DNA of 64,000 nt from Bacillota bacterium (GTDB taxonomy: Bacteria; Bacillota; Clostridia; Christensenellales; SZUA-584). Position numbers and translations under genes: made by a program. The notes beneath the pieces were generated by a model that saw nothing but the letters and a program-made list of their open reading frames with translations, was not told the origin of the DNA and did no database searches. The stretch's first letter is position 1. Each line of letters opens with the position of its first letter. The stretch covers positions 168-64,167 of the forward strand of contig JAEZHF010000022.1 in assembly GCA_023416745.1 (NCBI GenBank), written 5' to 3'. Shown here piece by piece: positions 1 through 10,083 of this stretch.

Positions 1-499
1 AAACCTCGCGGGCAGAGAAGTCGTCTAGATCAACTGCATATAACACATTTGAATCTTCTTTTATGTAATAAAGCACATCTTTATAGATGTCAAAGCATAT
101 AGGCTCCAGCACATTCGGTATTCTTCCTTTTTGCGGCCTGAGAGTCCACAAATAGTTATTATCTGCAAAGAAAAGAGTCCCTCTGTAGTTTTTAATATAG
201 GATGCTCCGTTATTTACATTTGGCTCCATAGGCTTCTCTCCCTCTAATTGAAGTCCGGTGACATACGGCTCTAAAGGCTGTTCCTCTGTTGGAGAAACCT
301 TGGCAACACTTGGCTCCTTGTTAATTTGAGATATTGAAGGTATGGGAGAGTTTTCTGCCATCAAGGTTTGTTCGGCTTTAAAATCAGCAGATATATCTTC
401 ATGATTATTATTCATGACACCCTTGCATCCTGCCATTAATAATATTGAGATTACAAGAATTAGGAATGACGATTTAAAAAATATAATTTTTCTTAACAT
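1..499 (-). CDS. lipoprotein, 5' part only (gene runs off the left edge)
   Basis: Absent from the ORF track because no stop lies in the window. My translation of the minus strand from ATG 499 gives MLRKIIFFKSSFLILVISILLMAGCKGVMNNNHEDISADF... and stays open to position 1. GGAGG lies 5 nt upstream. The product has a hydrophobic signal peptide with an LMAGC lipobox. The later part is Tyr/Leu-rich (NYLWTL, DVLYYIKEDSNVLYAVD). Confidence 0.6.
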   Translation of the reverse strand, partial: MLRKIIFFKSSFLILVISILLMAGCKGVMNNNHEDISADFKAEQTLMAENSPIPSISQINKEPSVAKVSPTEEQPLEPYVTGLQLEGEKPMEPNVNNGASYIKNYRGTLFFADNNYLWTLRPQKGRIPNVLEPICFDIYKDVLYYIKEDSNVLYAVDLDDFSAREV

Positions 500-685
500 G
501 CGAGCCTCCAATAAACAATCAACTAGCCCATCACAACTATACTTTATTCGTCTTTTCACGTTGCTTAAGCGTTCAGTATACAGGCGCTCTTCTATTTATT
601 AGTTAATCTTTAGACGATTACTAAGCTATTGTTGTTCCTTAAGTGTAATCAATATTACCATATTTTATCACTGCTGTACAGTGTA

Positions 686-714
686 CAAAAAGGCCCCGGA
701 CGCATGCCGGAGCC
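686..714 (-). terminator. rho-independent terminator after the ABC permease gene
   Basis: Minus strand reads GGCTCCGG-catgcgt-CCGGGGCC (692-714), followed by TTTTTG (686-691). It sits just downstream of the stop at 741. Confidence 0.55.
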
Positions 715-740
715 GTATGTATGTCTATGACGAACCGCTG

Positions 741-1909
741 CTATTCGTGCCGCAGCGCCTCCACGGGGTTCAGTTTGGAAGCCTTATACGCGGGCATCAG
801 TCCGAACACGATGCCCACCGTCGCGGAGAACAGCACGCTCAGCGATGCAGCCGTGGCGGACACCTCCGCCTGAATGTCCAGCACGCTGCCCGCGAGTTTG
901 GTCAGCAATACGCCCACGCCGATGCCCAGCAGCCCGCCGAACATCGCGTAGAACAGCGCCTCGGCGAGAAACTGCCCCAGTATGTGATGCTCACCCGCAC
1001 CCAGCGCCTTGCGGATGCCGATCTCGCGGGTGCGCTCCTTGACAGTCACCAGCATGATGTTCATGATGCCGATGCCCCCCACCAACAGCGCAATGGCCGC
1101 CACGGCAGAGACCACCGTCTTGAATATGTCCAGTATGTTCTGCGCGTTCTCCAGTTCGTGAGTCAGGTTGATGATCTTGATGGAGCCTTCCCCGTATTTG
1201 GCAAGCAGCAGGGAGACGCAATCCTCCACCACGCCATCCAGCGTCTCGGTGTTCATCGCCGTTACGGATATCTCATCCACGTTGCTGCTGGAGAACATCA
1301 GGCTGTAGGTGGACACGGGTATGTAACACTTGCCCGAGAAGAATGATGCGTATATCGACTGATCCTCGTCCTCAACGCCTACCACCGTGAACTTCTGGCC
1401 GTTGATGGACACCTTCTGACCCACGGCACTCTCATCTTCCCCAAATAATGTGTCCCGTGCCTCCTCGCTCAGCACAACAACCTGACGCGTATACCGGATA
1501 TCGTTCTGTGTCAGGCCATGTCCCTCTGTAAAAGACATCTGCTCCATCTCAAACAGCGCTTCGCTGGTGCCCACAATATCAGCCATGATCTTCTTCTCTG
1601 CATTGGACAAAAAGCCCTTCTCGTAAGCCGATGGTGCGACCTCCCTCACGTCTGTTACCTTCTGGAGCATCTGAACGTCCGTCATCGTCAGCAGCTGATT
1701 GGGGCCGCGCAGGTCGTTAGGGAACAGCCAGATACGGTTGATTCCGAATTTCAGCAGCTCGTCATTGATCATCTGCTGACCGCCATTACCCACAGATATC
1801 ACGGTGATCATAGACGCGATGCCGATCATGATGCCCATGACGGTTAATATTGTCCGCAGACGGTTCTTTTTCAGTTGGTGCGCTGCGATGCCCAGATAAT
1901 CGTTGAATC

Positions 1910-1913
<4 letters not shown>
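741..1913 (-). CDS. ABC transporter permease, MacB/FtsX type
   Basis: 390 aa. N-terminal TM helix ([24 protein letters not shown]), a large extracytoplasmic segment, then an FtsX-type C-terminal bundle ([31 protein letters not shown]). ATGA overlap with the upstream ATPase gene. Confidence 0.9.
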
Positions 1914-2570
<657 letters not shown>

Positions 2571-2587
<17 letters not shown>

Positions 2588-3752
2588 GCTCCCCCTCCTT
2601 AGCATCTCCGGGTGACATTACGATCTTCTCCCCATCGGACAGCCCTTCCAGTACTTCGGTATTGAACATATCTTCAAAGCCTGTTCTGATAGCCCGCTTC
2701 TCCAGAACGCCGTCTTCCCCTACAACATAAACGCACCCGTCTTTCGTCAGACAGTCCAGCGGTATCATCAGCACATTCTTCTTTTCACTGAGCACGATCT
2801 TCAAATCCACCACCGCACCCGGCATTTTTTTGAATCCCCCGCCGGGCGTGATCTCCACCTTTGTCATCGTATCGAATGCCGCCACTGCACCAATGTCGGC
2901 TGCGGCCTTGCCGATTCCGGTAAGCTTGCCGGTATAACTGCCCGCTTCCGTTATTATCTTGACATCCATGTCTGACATTAAGGCGCTCACATCCTTCTCA
3001 TAGACATAGCCGTTAATAACAGTGCTGCCAGTATCGGCAATCACCATAGCCGGAATTCCCGGTGCCAGCACCTCACCATCGTTTATATTAACCGCCAACA
3101 CAGTTCCCGCGATCCGGCTTTGAAAGCTCATGTGCGCAACCGCGTCCTCCAGTTGCTCGACCGCCAGTTTGGCCAGCTTGAGCTGTGTATCAGAATCAAG
3201 CCCGGCATATTCACTCATTCCTTCCATGTTCTGCAGGTCACTCAGCCTTTCGCTGATCGTCGCTGCCGCAGCTGCCGCCTGCTCTCCTGCCTCACTGCCC
3301 AGCGCCTCATTAAAGGACTCAAGGTCATAACCGGTCGTCTGTGACAAAGCAAGCGCTATAGCGGCTTTTTGCTGCTGAATTGACGATGTATAGGAATCCT
3401 GCTGGGCCAGTACCGCCTGAACGGAGGCGTCTTTTAGCGCTTCATAACGGAGCCGTGCTTCGTCCAGCTTTGCTTGCACCGCCGCAGCATCCAGCTCAAA
3501 CAACGCATCTCCCTGCTCCACCCGGCTTCCTTCCGACACGAAACATCCGGATACCGTCCCGCCCGTTTCGCTCATGACACTGTACATATTGGTGCAGACG
3601 ACCTCACCAGAAAATTCAAGAGTGTTTTCAAGATCTCCGTAAGCCACGTCATAGATACTTACATTCTTTGTCACTTCCCCTTTGTTAAAATACAAAAACC
3701 ATCCGACAGCAATAGCAGCCAATACGGTCAGCAATAGAATCACTTTTTTCAT
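2571..3752 (-). CDS. HlyD-family efflux adaptor (periplasmic adaptor subunit-like)
   Basis: 393 aa. N-terminal membrane anchor (MKKVILLLTVLAAIAVGWFLYF), a lipoyl/barrel-sandwich-like segment, a long coiled-coil region (LDEARLRYEALKD..., QLKLAKLAVEQLEDAV), and a C-terminal beta-barrel. GGGGGGAAG RBS. Confidence 0.85.
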
Positions 3753-3886
3753 GCAGCTTCCCCCCTTTAAAATCGTGCGAATATCCGATGTTATTTTGGC
3801 AGAAATGCCAGACGGTTATTCGGAAAATAGGAGTTGTATTTTGAAGTATAATTTTTCATTTTAAAGCAAGTCGCCCTGCCATATTC

Positions 3887-4075
3887 CTATGTTTTTATAC
3901 TCACAAGTCTGTATAACAATGCAATAGCAAACATCGCGTCGATTGGAGCAGGCGTTCTTTTCGGTATTTTAACCACCTGATAACATCGGAATGCGCATAA
4001 GCCGTACATCAGACACCAGCCTTCATATATGATCATCATCCACGGCCGCAGGTCGGTTCTTCTTGCGGCCAGCAT
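3887..4075 (-). CDS. small hypothetical Cys/Trp-rich hydrophobic peptide (62 aa)
   Basis: Inner ATG of track ORF 3887..4093, with a perfect AGGAGG (complement of 4083-4088) 7 nt upstream. Product: MLAARRTDLRPWMMIIYEGWCLMYGLCAFRCYQVVKIPKRTPAPIDAMFAIALLYRLVSIKT. No family recognised. Confidence 0.3.
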   Translation of the reverse strand: MLAARRTDLRPWMMIIYEGWCLMYGLCAFRCYQVVKIPKRTPAPIDAMFAIALLYRLVSIKT

Positions 4076-4113
4076 AAAAGGACCTCCTGTCACTCACTGC
4101 CAAATGCCATTGT

Positions 4114-4143
4114 TTGAATCCCCGATATGTGGTTATTTATAAA
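4114..4143 (+). promoter_or_regulatory. candidate sigma-A-type promoter of the polysaccharide operon
   Basis: TTGAAT (4114-4119), 18-nt spacer, TATAAA (4138-4143). About 80 nt upstream of the DegT-like gene. Confidence 0.4.
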
Positions 4144-4222
4144 ATGATAAAAAACGAGATATGCAGTTTTCCTCGTTAAGTTTATCAATTACCGTATTAT
4201 ACCAATCAGGAAGTGTGAATCA

Positions 4223-5395
4223 GTGGACAACAGGGTCTATTTGTCTCCGCCGCATATGAACGGCCGTGAACTCGAATACATCCGGCAAGCCTTTTCAAGC
4301 AACTGGATCGCACCTTTGGGCGAGAATGTCGATGCGTTTGAAGAGGCGGTAAAAAGCTATGTCGGTATTTCCGGCACGCTTGCTGTCAGTTCGGGAACCG
4401 CTGCCATGCATCTTGCGCTGCGGTACGCGGGTGTTATGCCGGGTGACGCTGTTTTCTGCTCCGACGTCACGTTCGCCGCCAGCTGCAATCCCATCACCTA
4501 TCTGCAGGCGGAGCCTGTGTTCATAGACTCGGACATGGAAAGCTGGTGCATGGACCCGGCGCTGCTGGCTTCCGCCCTGCACGCCTATAAAAAGGCGGGG
4601 CGTTTGCCCAAAGCCGTCGTCGTTGTGGACCTGTACGGGCTGCCGGCGGACTACGACCACATACTGGACTTATGCGCCGAGTTCGGCGTCACCGTGATAG
4701 AGGACGCTGCGGAGGCGCTGGGCGCATCATACAAGGGCAGTATGTGCGGCGGATTCGGCGCGCTGAACATACTGTCGTTTAACGCCAACAAGATCATCAC
4801 CACCTCGTCGGGCGGCATGGTGCTGGCTCACGATGATCAGGCGATACAGAAAATGAAATATTGGGCCACTCAGGCGCGCGAAAACACACCGTATTACGAA
4901 CACCTGGAAATCGGCTACAACTACCGGCTGTCCAATATCTGCGCCGGCATCGGCCGCGGCCAGATGGAGACACTGGACAAGTATGTAAAAACCCGACGCG
5001 AAATACATCGGCGCTACCAGCAGGGGCTTGAAGGCCTCCCCATCAGCCTAAACCCCGTTATCAAAGGCGCAAAGCCCAACTTCTGGCTCACTGTGATGGT
5101 GCTGGAGGAGGGATGCGGTGTATCCGTTTCGCATATTGCCGATGCGCTCAGCCGCGAAAACATCGAAACCCGGCCCTTCTGGAAACCGATGCACTTGCAG
5201 CCGGTATACCGGAACCACCGTTTTTTCTCTGACAACGGCAAAACGTCCGTCGGGCAGCGGCTCTTCGAAAACGCGATGTGCCTGCCGTCAGGTTCCGCGC
5301 TGGATGAGGGTACACAGGACAGGATCATCGATATCATCAGAGGCTGCTTTGCCGGGCGATCGCGCACGGCAGACTGCGCGGAGGCATGCGTATGA
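4223..5395 (+). CDS. DegT/DnrJ/EryC1/StrS-family PLP-dependent sugar aminotransferase
   Basis: 390 aa. The N-terminus (LSPPHMNGRELEYIRQAFSSNWIAPLGENVDAFE), the segment SSGTAAMHLAL, and the active-site region ILSFNANKIITTSSGGM (Lys in NANK) are typical of nucleotide-sugar 4-aminotransferases. GTG start with AGGAAG upstream. Confidence 0.9.
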   Translation: MDNRVYLSPPHMNGRELEYIRQAFSSNWIAPLGENVDAFEEAVKSYVGISGTLAVSSGTAAMHLALRYAGVMPGDAVFCSDVTFAASCNPITYLQAEPVFIDSDMESWCMDPALLASALHAYKKAGRLPKAVVVVDLYGLPADYDHILDLCAEFGVTVIEDAAEALGASYKGSMCGGFGALNILSFNANKIITTSSGGMVLAHDDQAIQKMKYWATQARENTPYYEHLEIGYNYRLSNICAGIGRGQMETLDKYVKTRREIHRRYQQGLEGLPISLNPVIKGAKPNFWLTVMVLEEGCGVSVSHIADALSRENIETRPFWKPMHLQPVYRNHRFFSDNGKTSVGQRLFENAMCLPSGSALDEGTQDRIIDIIRGCFAGRSRTADCAEACV

Positions 5396-6060
5396 AGCGT
5401 TTGAGTACACCAGTAAAAATAGCATTCTTCGCTGTATTGCTCGTTACCATGGTCATTTTTTTGGCCCCGGTCATCAGCCGTGTCATGGGTACGCTGGCTG
5501 CTTCCAAATCGGCGGCGTCCTCCGGTTCCGCGAAAACCAGCGCCGAAAGTGGCCTTGCTGTTCCGTTTCTGGCTGAGCTCGCAAAAGCGGAGCATTATGG
5601 CTTTATCGGATATAAAAGTGTATCCGGACAGGACGGTTCTTACCGCATGGAGGTGGCCTGTGCCGTTGAAGGCGAAGATTTTGTGGTCAAAACGACACAG
5701 AATGACCATGAATATCGGCAGCTTTATCAGGACGGACACTACCTGCTCGTGGATGATACGTCCAAAACGGTCCAGGAGGATCTGCTCAAATATGACTTTC
5801 TGGACGAGAACCTGTTCGGAGCTATCGACGGAAGAATCATACGCCGTTCCGGAGAGATTATAGACGGCAATCCGGTGGAGCGTGTCGAAATCTATAAGGA
5901 TGGTAACGTTTATGCATATTATCTTAATCAAAAAGGCGTTTTGATACGATTCTATTATATATATGAAGGAAACGAAGTGACGTTGGACCTGGAAAAGTTC
6001 GTAACAGACGGCTCAACCGGCGTTTCGTTCGATATACCGTCCACGTATCGCATTTACTGA
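5392..6060 (+). CDS. hypothetical membrane-anchored extracytoplasmic protein
   Basis: ATGA overlap with the DegT stop; GGAG lies 7 nt upstream of ATG 5392. One N-terminal TM helix (VKIAFFAVLLVTMVIFLAPVI) followed by a Tyr-rich beta-type domain. No family recognised. Confidence 0.6.
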   Translation: MKRLSTPVKIAFFAVLLVTMVIFLAPVISRVMGTLAASKSAASSGSAKTSAESGLAVPFLAELAKAEHYGFIGYKSVSGQDGSYRMEVACAVEGEDFVVKTTQNDHEYRQLYQDGHYLLVDDTSKTVQEDLLKYDFLDENLFGAIDGRIIRRSGEIIDGNPVERVEIYKDGNVYAYYLNQKGVLIRFYYIYEGNEVTLDLEKFVTDGSTGVSFDIPSTYRIY

Positions 6061-6079
6061 TGATACAAAACGGCGCACT

Positions 6080-7954
6080 GTGCGGAGGTCATCCTTGCTG
6101 AGTATTAAACAGGCCTTTCAAAAATCGATTGTTTTCATACTGGACGTAGCGTGCATGGCCGGCGTCCTGCTGCTGACCCTTCCTTCGCTTGCACCCGCGC
6201 CGGATGCCGACTCGCTGCTGTTGCTGCACCGGCTGTTGGCCATCGCTTATGTCGTTATCAACATTTTTACTTTCCTGCTGGTGCGGTGTTACGATGAGCA
6301 GATCAGGGACTATTCGCTGTTCAGCGCTATCAAGCTCTGCGGTGCTGTCATCATCTCGCATTTGATACTGGCGATTTTCATGGCTGTGATGGAACAGGCG
6401 CTTCCCTTCCGTTTCATACTCAGCCTCACCATATTCACCGGCGCATTCTGCGGTCTATACCGTCTGCTCGTACTGACGGCGTATCACGTTTTTTACCGCC
6501 TGCTGAAAACCGACAGGAGTAAGGATGTCAAACGCGCCATCATATTCGGCGCGGGCAATGCCGGCAAATATCTGGTGGACATGCTCAACCAGGACCCGTC
6601 CAAGCAGCTTCGGCCTATCGCCTTCATCGACGACGATCCCCGGCTGGAGCGCAAGCGCGTCAAGGGGCTGCTGGTGGTGGGTCCCCGCATGCTCATTCCT
6701 TACGCCGCCAAAAAGTATAACGCCGAGGTTATCATCATCGCGATACCGTTCGTAGACAACAGCACCATCCGCGAGATATTCAACCTGTGCCGCGACGCGG
6801 GCTGCACGGTGAAGCGGTTCGGCAACATGTCCAATCTCGCGTTTGAGGGGCTGGCGAAGTCCACCATCAACGAGGTGCGCGTGGAAGATCTGCTTCAGCG
6901 CGAGGTGGTGCGGCTGGATCTGGAGAGCGTCAGCGGCATGGTGAAAGGGAAAACGGTGCTCGTCACGGGCGGCGCGGGCTCCATCGGTTCGGAGATGTGC
7001 CGCCAGCTAATGAACTATAAGCCAAAGCTGCTGGTGATCGTGGATTTCAACGAGAACGGACTTTTCGACATATCGCTGGAGCTCAAGGAGAAATACCATG
7101 AAGCTTCGTTTGAAATCTGCTTGATATCGATACGGGATAAGGATATACTGAACACGGTTTTTGCCAAATACCGGCCGGAAATCGTGTTCCATGCCGCGGC
7201 ACACAAGCATGTACCCATGATGGAGGGCAACTTCCGCGAAGCGCTGCTCAACAACGTCATCGGCACCCGGAACGTCGTGGAAGCCAGCATAGACCATCAT
7301 GTGGAGCGCTTCATGCTGATATCCACCGACAAGGCCGTGAACCCCACCAATATCATGGGCGCCACCAAGCGCGTGACCGAGCTCCTCATCCAGCAGAAAA
7401 ACAGGCGGGGCGGCGGCACGCTGTTCGCTGCCGTGCGTTTCGGCAACGTATTGGGAAGCCACTCCAGCGTGATACCGATATTCAAGAAGCAGCTGCAGTC
7501 GGGCGGCCCCTTGACGGTGACGCACAAGGACATCACGCGGTACTTCATGACGATACCCGAAGCGGTGCAGCTGGTGCTGGAATCCGCCTCCATTATGCAG
7601 GGCGGGGAGATATTCGTGCTGGATATGGGCGAACCCGTCCGCATCTACGACCTCGCGACCACGATGATACAGCTTTCGGGGCTGGAGCCCGGCAAGGACA
7701 TCCAAATCGAAGTGACCGGCCTGCGCCCGGGTGAAAAACTGCAGGAGGAGCTGCGGCTGCCGGAGGAAACGGTGGTCAAAACCTCCAGCGACAAGATATT
7801 CATGCTCAAATCGGGCGGCTGTCAGGCCGCCGTATGTGAGTCGGACATGGTTTTAGACCATCTTTTTGACAAGATCGGTCAGCAGGACTACGGCAAAGCA
7901 TACGAGCAGATCAGGAAGCTCGTTCCGTCTTTGCAGGACCGCAAGATCGTATAA
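6080..7954 (+). CDS. polysaccharide biosynthesis protein CapD/PglF type (membrane-bound UDP-HexNAc 4,6-dehydratase)
   Basis: 624 aa. Four N-terminal TM helices, a first Rossmann fold (IIFGAGNAGKYL), and a second SDR domain (VLVTGGAGSIGSEMCRQL, HAAAHKHVP, STDKAVNPTNIMGATKR). The true start is probably TTG 6095, which lies 6 nt after GGAGG. Confidence 0.9.
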   Translation: MRRSSLLSIKQAFQKSIVFILDVACMAGVLLLTLPSLAPAPDADSLLLLHRLLAIAYVVINIFTFLLVRCYDEQIRDYSLFSAIKLCGAVIISHLILAIFMAVMEQALPFRFILSLTIFTGAFCGLYRLLVLTAYHVFYRLLKTDRSKDVKRAIIFGAGNAGKYLVDMLNQDPSKQLRPIAFIDDDPRLERKRVKGLLVVGPRMLIPYAAKKYNAEVIIIAIPFVDNSTIREIFNLCRDAGCTVKRFGNMSNLAFEGLAKSTINEVRVEDLLQREVVRLDLESVSGMVKGKTVLVTGGAGSIGSEMCRQLMNYKPKLLVIVDFNENGLFDISLELKEKYHEASFEICLISIRDKDILNTVFAKYRPEIVFHAAAHKHVPMMEGNFREALLNNVIGTRNVVEASIDHHVERFMLISTDKAVNPTNIMGATKRVTELLIQQKNRRGGGTLFAAVRFGNVLGSHSSVIPIFKKQLQSGGPLTVTHKDITRYFMTIPEAVQLVLESASIMQGGEIFVLDMGEPVRIYDLATTMIQLSGLEPGKDIQIEVTGLRPGEKLQEELRLPEETVVKTSSDKIFMLKSGGCQAAVCESDMVLDHLFDKIGQQDYGKAYEQIRKLVPSLQDRKIV

Positions 7955-7988
7955 TAGCAGGGAGGCTGCGCGGCAATTGGAACCGTCG

Positions 7989-9308
7989 ATGGGAATGACA
8001 CGCTATTCTGTGAAAAGCATTCTGGAAACCATTTTCCGGAGATGGTTTTGGCTTGCCTTTTTTGCGTTCGTATTTGCCATCGGCATTTCCGCACTCTACT
8101 GGTATCAGTATTACTCCACATTCAGGGTTTCTGCTACATTTATACCGGTAGTTCAATCCTCCGAAGCGGATACCGCCACGGGAAATTACAGCGTGGTGGT
8201 GTCCCAGTCGTTCATCAAGCATGAGGAAGTACTTGAGGCTGTCGCTAAGTCAGTCAGCTTTGATGCGTCGATCAGCGAGCTCGATGACGCCATATCCGCT
8301 GAAATCAGTGAAACCAGCGTTGCCGTTACCGTTCTGGTGGAATGGCACAACAAGAAGCAGGCTTACGAGATACTAGATGCATTAAAAGCGAATCTGTCGT
8401 TTGCCGTCACGCATTCCGCAAAGGCCGGAACCATCAAATGGCTGGAAAACGCAGCATCGGATGGCGCCGCACCGGCGGCCAGCCGGGCGCAGACGTATAT
8501 GGTGTTTCTGACCGGCGCGCTGGTAGGTGCTATTGCCGGGGCTTTCGTATCTTTCATAATCGGCTGCTTCGACAAGCGCATCTATGATATCAAAACGGTC
8601 AGCTACAACGGCGACGTCCGTGTCATCGGCTACGTCAGCCGCCAGACGGACGGCAAGCCGGAGCTCGCCGACCGCCGCCGCCAGCAGGTGACGGCCATCG
8701 CCATGTACCTCAAAAAGCTGACAGAGGTGCATGATCACAAGCTGTTCATGTGCATATCCCCCACCGCCCGGTGCGGCGTCAGCACGATGGCTCTGGACGT
8801 GGCGCAGGTGCTGTCCGGCATTCAGATGAGGGTGCTGGTCGTGGTCATCCAAAGCGAGCAGAACAAACAGTTCATACAGAGCGAATCGGTGATCGTGCCG
8901 CTGTCACCCGGCGTGGACCGGTGCGTGTTCACCTGGGACGACCGGGAGACCAACCCGGATTTCGACGGTCCGATATCCGGCACGCTCGCCAAGGAAGCCA
9001 AGAAATACTCGCTGGTGCTGGTAGACTGCCCGCCGCTGCTGTCCAACATCCAGATGTCCGGCTTTGCCGTGGGCATGGATGTGACGCTGCTGGTGTGCGG
9101 TTCCGGTGTCAGCACGCAGGAAAACGTGGACGCTGCCGTGTCGCTGCTGTCCCGCGCGGAGGAGCGGCCTGTCTACTGCGTCTGGAACTTCGTGCCGCGA
9201 CAATACGGAAATACCTATCTGCCGATTGAAGTCGCGCCGGAGCAAAGAGCGGAACAAAGGAAGGGAACCGATGATTGTAAAAATGTCGGTGCTGATGTCC
9301 ATCTATAA
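7989..9308 (+). CDS. Wzz/CpsC-type chain-length regulator fused to a degenerate CpsD/BY-kinase-like P-loop domain
   Basis: Start moved to ATG 7989, because the track ORF from 7866 overlaps the CapD-like gene. Two TM helices bracket a Wzz-like loop (YWYQYYSTFRVSATFIPVV ... LTGALVGAIAGAFVSFIIGCF). The C-terminal domain keeps a Walker-B-like LVLVDCPPLL. The Walker A position reads ISPTARCGVST (no GK[ST]), and there is no C-terminal Tyr cluster. Confidence 0.7.
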   Translation: MGMTRYSVKSILETIFRRWFWLAFFAFVFAIGISALYWYQYYSTFRVSATFIPVVQSSEADTATGNYSVVVSQSFIKHEEVLEAVAKSVSFDASISELDDAISAEISETSVAVTVLVEWHNKKQAYEILDALKANLSFAVTHSAKAGTIKWLENAASDGAAPAASRAQTYMVFLTGALVGAIAGAFVSFIIGCFDKRIYDIKTVSYNGDVRVIGYVSRQTDGKPELADRRRQQVTAIAMYLKKLTEVHDHKLFMCISPTARCGVSTMALDVAQVLSGIQMRVLVVVIQSEQNKQFIQSESVIVPLSPGVDRCVFTWDDRETNPDFDGPISGTLAKEAKKYSLVLVDCPPLLSNIQMSGFAVGMDVTLLVCGSGVSTQENVDAAVSLLSRAEERPVYCVWNFVPRQYGNTYLPIEVAPEQRAEQRKGTDDCKNVGADVHL

Positions 9309-10083
9309 CAACGAAGCCACCGTGGACGCCAGCATCGCTTCCATCGTGAATCAGACGTTTACCGACTGGGAGCTGATACTGTGGGACGACGCCTCCACGG
9401 ACGGTACCTCACAAAAGCTGAAAAGCTGGGCGCTGCGCGACAGCCGCATCCGGCTTTTTTCCAATACACAGAATCTGGGACTTGCCGCGTCGCTGAACCT
9501 CGCGCTGGCCGAAGCCCAGGGAGAATACATCGTGCGGATGGACGGCGATGATGAATCGCTGCCCGATCGCTTTAAGAAGCAGGCGGCGTTTCTGGACAGC
9601 CACCCGGAATATGCCGTGGTTGGCAGCGCATGCACGCTGTTCGACGACGAAGGCGACTGGGGCGAGCGCACAGGCAGTACAGTGCCGCAGAAGAAGGACT
9701 TCCTCTGGGGCAGCCAGTTCATCCACCCCGCCGTCATGGTGCGCCGGGACGCGCTGAACGTCGTCGGCGGCTATCGCGTGTGCCGCGACACCATCCGCAC
9801 GGAGGACTACGACCTGTTCATGCGCCTGTACGCGCAAGGCTTCACCGGGTATAACCTCGCCGAACCGCTGCTGCGCTACCGCGACAGCCGTGTACCGCGC
9901 CATGTCCGGTTTGCGCACCGCCTCAACGAAGTGAGAATACGGTTCCATGGGTTCAAGGCGCTCGGCCTGCTGCCCGCGGGCTTCCTTTATGTGTTAAAGC
10001 CACTTGTTATGGCGCTGCTACCCTGCGGACTGAAGCGCCGGCTCCAGCAGAACCGGCAGGCCGCGCAGAATGGGGCCGTCTGA
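9271..10083 (+). CDS. glycosyltransferase family 2
   Basis: Start at ATG 9271 after AAGGAAGGGA. VLMSIYNNEATVDASIASIVNQTFTDWELILWDDASTDGT and the RMDGDDESLPDRF (DxD) motif. Confidence 0.85.
   Translation: MIVKMSVLMSIYNNEATVDASIASIVNQTFTDWELILWDDASTDGTSQKLKSWALRDSRIRLFSNTQNLGLAASLNLALAEAQGEYIVRMDGDDESLPDRFKKQAAFLDSHPEYAVVGSACTLFDDEGDWGERTGSTVPQKKDFLWGSQFIHPAVMVRRDALNVVGGYRVCRDTIRTEDYDLFMRLYAQGFTGYNLAEPLLRYRDSRVPRHVRFAHRLNEVRIRFHGFKALGLLPAGFLYVLKPLVMALLPCGLKRRLQQNRQAAQNGAV

Noticed and set aside
414-602. Plus-strand 62-aa ORF in the left flank.
   Set aside because: It overlaps the start and signal peptide of the much better supported minus-strand lipoprotein gene (RBS, lipobox, frame open to the window edge). 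It has no RBS of its own.
681-1346. Long plus-strand ORF (221 aa) and many similar antisense or offset ORFs. Examples: 5014..5931, 7007..7705, 8382..8852, 9409..9948, 19370..20041, 20581..21351, 23140..24042, 25474..26682, 28649..29710, 30652..31707, 34682..35815, 37061..37813, 43328..44134, 44207..44950, 50811..51788, 56326..57138, 57500..58615, 60243..61007.
   Set aside because: Each lies opposite or out of frame to a gene with unmistakable family motifs. Their products are Arg/His/Gly/Ala/Pro-rich low-complexity text typical of stop-poor shadow frames in GC-rich DNA. None has a convincing RBS.
7866-7988. N-terminal extensions of track ORFs. Examples: 7866 for the Wzz-like gene, 9106 for GT2, 15866 for the second GNAT, 22161 for argC, 31896 for araA, 35938, 40001, 45028, 47482, 48630, 55115, 57120 and 61610.
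   Set aside because: In each case an internal start has a proper Shine-Dalgarno at 5-10 nt and gives the canonical family N-terminus or signal peptide. The extension overlaps the upstream gene, a promoter or a hairpin.
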